A DNA stretch of 64,000 bases, from contig CBDFHV010000067.1 of the NCBI GenBank assembly GCA_965247705.1, positions 14,116 to 78,115 on the forward strand, read 5' to 3'. The position numbers and the translations under genes were made by a program. The first letter of the stretch is position 1, and each line of letters starts with the position of its first letter. Below, in pieces: positions 58,328 through 64,000 of this stretch. The DNA comes from Rhodospirillales bacterium (GTDB taxonomy: Bacteria; Pseudomonadota; Alphaproteobacteria; Rhodospirillales; CAMCUA01). The notes beneath the pieces were generated by a model. It was not told the DNA's origin, did no database searches, and saw only the letters and a program-made list of their open reading frames with translations.

Positions 58328-59449
58328 ATGCCCGATGAGGCCCAGACCGAGGATCTGCAAGCCATCGATGCCAAGATCGATGAGTGGCTGGAGAAAACCA
58401 ATGCCCTGTCGGGCGGGGTGGTGCAGGAGCGCCAACCCTGGAACAACGAGGTCACCGCAGATTCCATTCGTCACTTCTGTCAGGGTACGGACGACGACAA
58501 TCCCCTGTGGCTGGACCCGGACCATGCCGCCAAAACGGGTGTCGGCAAGCTCCAGGCGCCGCCGGCCTATCTGGTGTCGGTGCTCTATCCCATGCTGCAC
58601 GGGGCGCCCATGAAGGCGCCCCTCGCCTCGCTCATCGGCGGCGTCACCTACACCTGGCAAAAGCGGATCTGTCTCGGCGACAGCCTGCGGCCGGAATCCC
58701 GTCAGCAGAAGAACTTCGAAAAGCGTAACAAGCAGGGCCGGCGGCTCAACTTCGTGATCTCCGAAATCACCTACCGCAACCAGGACGCCGCGGTGGTCGG
58801 CGTCGCTAACGGCACCATGATCATGGCGACCCAGGTTGGCCGCCAGGTGATGATGGAACATGAGATGCCCCACTACGACGACGCCCAGATCAAGGCCATG
58901 GAGGCAACCTGGCGGGCGGAACAGCGGCGCGGCGCCGAGACCCGCCATGTGGAGGACGTGGAGGTCGGCGAGGAACTGCCGTCGATCCTGCGCGGTCCCC
59001 TGACCATCGGCGACATGGTCACTTGGAATGCCGCCATCGGGCCGGCCTACAAGGGCGGTCGCTGGGGCTACCTGGACTTGACCAAGGCCATGCACACGGC
59101 GGCCGTCAACCCGGTCACCGGCTTTCCCGTGAAGTATTCCCAGCAGCATGAGGACTTTCACCTGGCCGCCGGGCGCGGCATGGCCGCCCCCTTCGACAAC
59201 GGAGTGATGCGTTTCGCCTGGGTCGCCCCCCTGGTGACCAACTGGATGGGCGACGACGGCTTTTTGCGCATGCTCAATGTCCAGGTGCGCCAGCCGGGTC
59301 TCTATGGCGATCTGATCACCTACGGCGCCACCGTCACCGAAGTGGACAGGGCCACCGGCATCGTCAAGATGGAGATCACCGGCAGGAAGCCCGACGGCAG
59401 CCAGACCACCGGCGGCGGCGCCGAGGTGGAACTGCCGGGGCGCTCCTAG
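58328..59449 (+). CDS. double hot-dog MaoC-type (R)-hydratase/dehydratase (mesaconyl/itaconyl-CoA-hydratase-like)
   Basis: N-terminal FAS1-like dehydratase half (IRHFCQGTDDDNPLWLD) plus a C-terminal MaoC half. Confidence 0.65.
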   Translation: MPDEAQTEDLQAIDAKIDEWLEKTNALSGGVVQERQPWNNEVTADSIRHFCQGTDDDNPLWLDPDHAAKTGVGKLQAPPAYLVSVLYPMLHGAPMKAPLASLIGGVTYTWQKRICLGDSLRPESRQQKNFEKRNKQGRRLNFVISEITYRNQDAAVVGVANGTMIMATQVGRQVMMEHEMPHYDDAQIKAMEATWRAEQRRGAETRHVEDVEVGEELPSILRGPLTIGDMVTWNAAIGPAYKGGRWGYLDLTKAMHTAAVNPVTGFPVKYSQQHEDFHLAAGRGMAAPFDNGVMRFAWVAPLVTNWMGDDGFLRMLNVQVRQPGLYGDLITYGATVTEVDRATGIVKMEITGRKPDGSQTTGGGAEVELPGRS

Positions 59450-59466
59450 TCACCGCGGGGAATCCC

Positions 59467-61404
59467 ATGACCGGCCAACTGGACGCTGTTTATCGCCGAT
59501 CCCTCGACGACCCGGAAGGGTTCTGGGCCGAGGCGGCCGAGGACGTGCGCTGGGACAGGCGCTGGGACCGTGTGCTCGATTCAAGCAAGGCACCCTTCTA
59601 CCGGTGGTTCACGGGCGCCACCTGCAATACCTGCTTCAACGCGGTCGACCGCCATGTGGAGGAAGGCCGTGGCGAGCAACCGGCGATCATCTACGACAGC
59701 CCGGTCACCGGCGACAAACGCACTCTGACCTATGGCGAATTGCAGGTGGCGTGCGCGCGCTTCGCCGGCGTGTTGCGGGGCCTTGGCGTCGGCAAGGGCG
59801 ATCGGGTCGTGATCTACATGCCCATGGTGCCGGAGGCGGTTATCGCCATGCTCGGCTGCGCCCGCATCGGCGCGGTGCATTCGGTGGTTTTCGGCGGCTT
59901 CGCGCCACGGGAGCTGGCAACCCGCATCGACGATGCCAAGCCGACGGCGATCGTCACCGCGTCGTGCGGCATCGAGCCGACCCGCACCGTCGCCTACAAG
60001 CCGATGGTGGACGAAGCGATCGCCATCGCCGCCCACGAGGTCGCCCATGTGGTGGTGGTGCAGCGCGACCAGCAACCCTGCGACATCGTTGCCGGCCGCG
60101 ACGTCGAGTGGGGCGATGGGATGGCCGCGGCCACGTCGGCGGACTGCGTACCCGTACTGGCGACCGATCCCCTCTACATCCTCTACACCTCTGGCACCAC
60201 GGGCCAGCCAAAGGGGATTGTGCGCGACAACGGCGGCCACCTGGTCGCGCTCAAATGGTCGATGGGCCACATCTATGGAGTGGCGCCGGGGGATGTGTAC
60301 TGGGCCGCCTCCGACATCGGCTGGGTGGTCGGCCACTCCTACATCGTCTACGGGCCGCTGTTCCATGGCTGCACCACGATCCTGTTCGAAGGCAAGCCCG
60401 TCGGCACGCCCGATGCGGGCGCCTTCTGGCGGGTCATCGCAGAGCATGGGGTCAGCGTCATGTTCACCGCGCCGACGGCGCTGCGCGCGATCAAGCGTGA
60501 GGATCCGGAAGGCAAGCTGATCGGCGGTTACGATCTCAGCCGTTTCCGCACCTTGTTCCTCGCCGGCGAGCGGACCGATCCCGACACGCTGGGTTGGGCC
60601 GAGACCCATCTGAAAGTGCCGGTCATCGACCACTGGTGGCAGACCGAGACCGGCTGGGCGATCGCGTCGAACTGCTTGGGCATCGAGCACCTGCCGGTGA
60701 AGCCGGGCTCTTCGTCGCGGCCGGTGCCCGGTTATGACGTGCGTGTCCTGCATGCGGAGACCCATGAGGAGCAGCCGCGCGGCGAGATGGGCGCGATCTG
60801 CGTCAAGCTGCCACTGCCGCCGGGTACGCTGCCGACTTTGTGGAACGCGGACGCCCGCCACCGCGCCGCCTATCTGGACGAATTCCCCGGCTTCCACATG
60901 ACCGCCGACGCCGGCTACGTTGACCAGGACGGCTACGTATTCGTCATGGCGCGGACCGACGACATCATAAACGTCGCCGGGCATCGCCTGTCCACGGGCG
61001 CCATGGAGGAGGTGCTGGCGAGTCATCCGGACGTTGCCGAATGCGCGGTGATCGGCGTCCACGACCAGATCAAGGGTCAGTTGCCCCTCGGTTTCCTGGT
61101 GCTGAAGGCGGGCGTCGACCGGCCTCATGAGGCGATCGTCGGCGAGGTCGTGAGCATGGTACGCCAGAAGATCGGGCCGGTGGCCGCGTTCAAGACGGCT
61201 GCGGTCGTCGACCGAGTGCCCAAGACCCGCTCCGGCAAGGTGCTGCGCGCCACCATGCGGAAAATTGCCGATGCCGAGGCCTACACGGTGCCGGCCACCA
61301 TCGACGACCCGGCGATCGTCGACGAGATCACCGCGGCGCTGAAGACCGTCGGCTACCCGCGGACGGGGACGACCGAGTCGGACCCCACCACATCGGACAG
61401 GTGA
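59467..61404 (+). CDS. AMP-forming acyl-CoA synthetase, propionate--CoA ligase (PrpE)-like
   Basis: FYRWFTGATCNTCFNAVDRH N-terminus, YTSGTTGQPKG AMP motif, and C-terminal PKTRSGKVLR. Confidence 0.8.
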   Translation: MTGQLDAVYRRSLDDPEGFWAEAAEDVRWDRRWDRVLDSSKAPFYRWFTGATCNTCFNAVDRHVEEGRGEQPAIIYDSPVTGDKRTLTYGELQVACARFAGVLRGLGVGKGDRVVIYMPMVPEAVIAMLGCARIGAVHSVVFGGFAPRELATRIDDAKPTAIVTASCGIEPTRTVAYKPMVDEAIAIAAHEVAHVVVVQRDQQPCDIVAGRDVEWGDGMAAATSADCVPVLATDPLYILYTSGTTGQPKGIVRDNGGHLVALKWSMGHIYGVAPGDVYWAASDIGWVVGHSYIVYGPLFHGCTTILFEGKPVGTPDAGAFWRVIAEHGVSVMFTAPTALRAIKREDPEGKLIGGYDLSRFRTLFLAGERTDPDTLGWAETHLKVPVIDHWWQTETGWAIASNCLGIEHLPVKPGSSSRPVPGYDVRVLHAETHEEQPRGEMGAICVKLPLPPGTLPTLWNADARHRAAYLDEFPGFHMTADAGYVDQDGYVFVMARTDDIINVAGHRLSTGAMEEVLASHPDVAECAVIGVHDQIKGQLPLGFLVLKAGVDRPHEAIVGEVVSMVRQKIGPVAAFKTAAVVDRVPKTRSGKVLRATMRKIADAEAYTVPATIDDPAIVDEITAALKTVGYPRTGTTESDPTTSDR

Positions 61405-61413
61405 GACCACTCC

Positions 61414-62667
61414 ATGCCGAAACCGGAGATCGAAGGCGATTTCGTTCTGGGTTTGCCGGACCGCAAGCCGCCCCGGCAACTGCCCAAGAAGGACGCCGAG
61501 GGCCGGGTCATCGGCGCCCGGACTCCCATCTTGGAGCAGGAGGGGCTGATCACGCCCACGGAATCCCACTACATCGTCGCCCAGTTGGGCATGCCGGAGC
61601 CGGTTCATCCGGAAGACTACGTGCTTTCGGTCAGCGGCGAGATCGAGCGGCCCATGGACCTGACCATCGAGGACTTGCGCAAGCTGCCCGGACATTCGGT
61701 GCGCGCGGTCATCGAATGCGCCGGCAACGACGGGGACTACTTCGATATCCTGGCCGAGGGCAGCAACCGGCCCAAACCGTCGCTGATCCTGGAAACCGAT
61801 GAGGGCGTGCACTGGCGCCAAAAAACCGCCGGGTTGAGCCAGGCCGAGGTGGTGGCGTTCCTCAGCGAGATCCCCAGCACCAACTTCGTCAGCGGCGGCG
61901 AATGGACGGGCGTGTCCCTGAAGGCCCTGCTCGACACCTGCGGCCTGAAATCCTCGGCCGTGGCGGTGCGGGTGGAAGGCTGGGACCGGGGCCGCCCCGA
62001 TCCGGTCGCCCAGTTCCGATCCTCCGGCCTGGCCGACTATCCGGTGCACGATCCCGGCGAGATCAACTTCGACAAGGGCCTGCCCCTGGACAAGGCCCTG
62101 GACCCGGACACGATCCTGGCCTGGGCCCACAACGGCGCCTATATGCGCCACGTGCACGGGGCGCCCCTGCGCCTGGTGGTGCCGGGTTGGGGCGGCAACT
62201 GGTGGGTCAAGTGGCTGCACAAGATCGAGGTCATGGACCGCATGCCCGATTGCTACCACCAGACGCACTACTTCGTGTACGAGCAGTCCCCCGAGGACCC
62301 CGACAAGGAAATGTGCACGGCCATGGGGGTCAAGACCGTGATCACCGAACCCCGGGACGAGCACTCGCCGCTGGCCACCGGCGCCCACGCCGTTCGCGGC
62401 CTGGCCTGGAGCGGCCATGGCGCGGTGACCCGCATCGAGGTCAGCACCGACGGCGGCGCCACCTGGTCGGACGCCCATGTGGAGCAGACGCCGGACAAGT
62501 GGCTGTGGCGGCGCTGGTCCTATCTGTGGCGGGTAGACGCGCCGGGCGAATACCGGATCATCGCCCGCGGCACCGACGAGGCGGGGCGGGTTCAGCCCCA
62601 GATCCCATGGAACTTCCAGCACAAGTACTTCGACGGCCTGGTGCCGGTCGACGTTGTGGTCGAATAG
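61414..62667 (+). CDS. sulfite-oxidase-fold molybdopterin oxidoreductase with dimerisation domain, no signal peptide
   Basis: VIECAGN (Mo-ligand Cys), HGAPLRLVVPGWGGNWWVKWL, and an Ig-like VSTDGGATWSDA domain. The N-terminus is hydrophilic with no Tat motif. Confidence 0.8.
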   Translation: MPKPEIEGDFVLGLPDRKPPRQLPKKDAEGRVIGARTPILEQEGLITPTESHYIVAQLGMPEPVHPEDYVLSVSGEIERPMDLTIEDLRKLPGHSVRAVIECAGNDGDYFDILAEGSNRPKPSLILETDEGVHWRQKTAGLSQAEVVAFLSEIPSTNFVSGGEWTGVSLKALLDTCGLKSSAVAVRVEGWDRGRPDPVAQFRSSGLADYPVHDPGEINFDKGLPLDKALDPDTILAWAHNGAYMRHVHGAPLRLVVPGWGGNWWVKWLHKIEVMDRMPDCYHQTHYFVYEQSPEDPDKEMCTAMGVKTVITEPRDEHSPLATGAHAVRGLAWSGHGAVTRIEVSTDGGATWSDAHVEQTPDKWLWRRWSYLWRVDAPGEYRIIARGTDEAGRVQPQIPWNFQHKYFDGLVPVDVVVE

Positions 62668-62685
62668 GCGCGCCGGATTCGATCC

Positions 62686-63471
62686 GTGCGCATCGCCGTC
62701 TGCATCAAACAGATCCCCGATCCGGAAGTGGCCCCGACCCAGTTCCGGGTCGACGAGGAAGCCCGCAAGGCCGTGCCCTGGCCGGGGACGGCCCAGGTCA
62801 TCAGCCCCTTCGACGAACAGGCCATCGAGGCGGCGCTCCGCCTTCGCGACGCCGGCGCGGACGCCCACATTGTCCTCTTCACCTTGGGCGGCGAGGAAGC
62901 CCACGGCGCCCTCAAGGCCGGCCTGGCCCTCGGCGCCGACGAGGGTGTCCTGCTGTCGGATGCCGCCTTCGAGGGCGCCGATTCCTTCGTCGTCGCCACG
63001 GCCCTGGCGGCCGCGCTGGGCAAGATGGGTGCCTTCGACCTCATCCTGTGCGGACGCCAGGCGGCCGATGACGACGCCGGGGTGGTCGGTCCGGGCCTGG
63101 CGGAGCTTCTGGGACTTCCCTGCCTTAGCTTCGCCCAGGACGTGTCCCTCGACGACGGCAACCTGCGTGTGGAACGGGTGCTGGAGGACTGCGTCGAGGT
63201 CGCGGAGTGTTCCCTGCCCGCCGTGGTCACTGTCGCCCACGAGCTGGGGCCGCCGCGCAAAGCCAGTCTGCGGGAAACCATGCGCGCTGCCCGCAAGCCC
63301 ATCGCCTCGTGGACCGCCTCTGACCTGGGGTTGGCCGCCGGCGCCCGGCGCCGGGTGGAGCGGATGTTCGCGCCCGAAACGGGCATCGAATGCGATTTTC
63401 TGGACGGCGAGTCGCCCGAGGCCCTGGTGGCGGCACTTGTGGACCGCCTGCGCGCCGAGCAATTGGTTTGA
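62686..63471 (+). CDS. etfB: electron transfer flavoprotein beta subunit
   Basis: GTG start, then RIAVCIKQIPD. DLILCGRQAADDDAGVVGPGLAELLGLP block. Confidence 0.85.
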   Translation: MRIAVCIKQIPDPEVAPTQFRVDEEARKAVPWPGTAQVISPFDEQAIEAALRLRDAGADAHIVLFTLGGEEAHGALKAGLALGADEGVLLSDAAFEGADSFVVATALAAALGKMGAFDLILCGRQAADDDAGVVGPGLAELLGLPCLSFAQDVSLDDGNLRVERVLEDCVEVAECSLPAVVTVAHELGPPRKASLRETMRAARKPIASWTASDLGLAAGARRRVERMFAPETGIECDFLDGESPEALVAALVDRLRAEQLV

Positions 63472-63484
63472 GGACCCGGCGGCC

Positions 63485-64000
63485 ATGAGCGGGGCTCGCG
63501 TATGGGTGCTGGCTGAAGTGCGCCATGGGCAACCCACCGCGACCTCGGCGGAACTGCTGGCCTGGGCACGGGATTTGGCGGACGGCGACGTGACCGCCCT
63601 GGTTCTGGGCACGAATGTGGCTTCGGCGGCCGAGGACCTGGTCGCCCTCGGGGCGGACCGGGTTCGGGTAATGGCGGACCCGAGGCTCGAACCCTATGTG
63701 GCGGATGCCTGGCTGCCGGAAGTGGCGCGGCTGGTTGGCGCGGACCGGCCGACCGCCGTCCTTCTCGGCCACGGATCCATCGGCGCCGACCTGGCGCCCC
63801 GCCTGGCCTTTCGGCTGGATGGCGGGGTGGCCACCGACTGCGTGGCGGCGGAAACGGCTGGCGACCGGCTTCTGTTCACCCGCCCCTGCCATGGCGGCAA
63901 GGCGATGGAAGTGGTGTCGTTTCCCGGAGTCCTCGCCGTCGCCACCATGCGCCCCAAGTCCCGCCCGCCGGCCGCGCGGGACGAGAGCCGATCGGGCGAG
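63485..64000 (+). CDS. etfA: electron transfer flavoprotein alpha subunit, N-terminal part (runs off window)
   Basis: VWVLAEVRHG...LLGHGSIGADLAPRLAFRL pattern of the EtfA N-domain. Open to the window end. Confidence 0.8.
   Translation, partial: MSGARVWVLAEVRHGQPTATSAELLAWARDLADGDVTALVLGTNVASAAEDLVALGADRVRVMADPRLEPYVADAWLPEVARLVGADRPTAVLLGHGSIGADLAPRLAFRLDGGVATDCVAAETAGDRLLFTRPCHGGKAMEVVSFPGVLAVATMRPKSRPPAARDESRSGE

Noticed and set aside
59581-63612. 1343-aa uninterrupted ORF on the minus strand spanning four plus-strand genes.
   Set aside because: It is antisense to well-supported genes (the CoA ligase, SUOX enzyme and etfB). Its translation is Arg/Gly/Pro/Ala-rich low-complexity sequence with no recognisable motifs. 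High GC3 codon bias removes stop codons from the opposite strand. The same applies to 37938..40325(-), 17277..19163(-), 12342..14141(+), 31045..32805(-), 4290..5582(-), 8221..9690(-) and similar ORFs.

Overview
Visibly GC-rich, almost fully coding chromosomal segment. Gene content and nir synteny suggest a denitrifying alphaproteobacterium (inference). All product calls come from reading motifs in the supplied translations, since no searches could be run.

Layout:
(i) 1-11.4 kb: housekeeping and envelope genes. These are the nadE 3' end, two GT2 glycosyltransferases flanking an AlkP-family gene, cysS, a DUF433/DUF5615 toxin-antitoxin-like pair, a trmJ-like gene, coq7, a dsbB-like gene and a yqaA-like gene.
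(ii) 11.4-27.0 kb: a regulator-less catabolic island. It holds four paralogous DAO-type FAD oxidoreductases, one fused 2Fe-2S/FAD OoxA/HcnB-like protein, a class III aminotransferase, a PhyH dioxygenase, a DapA-family lyase, a TIM-barrel isomerase, two SDRs and a TRAP transporter.
(iii) 27.1-33.4 kb: an accessory respiratory module. It starts with a B-family (ba3-type) heme-copper oxidase operon whose subunit I stops at the CuB helix next to an IS1380-family element. SCO1/SenC, an unusual cytochrome b + ferredoxin + MvhD-like fusion protein and a 2-TM protein follow.
(iv) 33.5-47.6 kb: a complete cd1 nitrite reductase island. It contains a hemerythrin, a Dnr/NnrR-type regulator, nirX-nirI divergent from nirSECFDLGHJN, and a cbiX-type chelatase. 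The nirS/nirI intergenic region carries a near-perfect FNR/Dnr box.
(v) 47.6-64 kb: a TrpD2-like gene remnant followed by a second catabolic region. It holds a DapA-family gene, an SDR, an LLM oxidoreductase, an amino-acid ABC transporter, two enolase-superfamily enzymes, a MaoC-type hydratase, a PrpE-like CoA ligase, a signal-less sulfite-oxidase-fold Mo enzyme and etfBA.

No rRNA, tRNA or CRISPR array was seen.

Strongest leads:
- the disrupted HCO/senC/cytochrome-b-FeS module
- the nirD-nirL junction, where nirL has no usable start codon and a GC hairpin is centred on the nirD stop
- the cytoplasmic SUOX enzyme embedded between a CoA ligase and ETF genes
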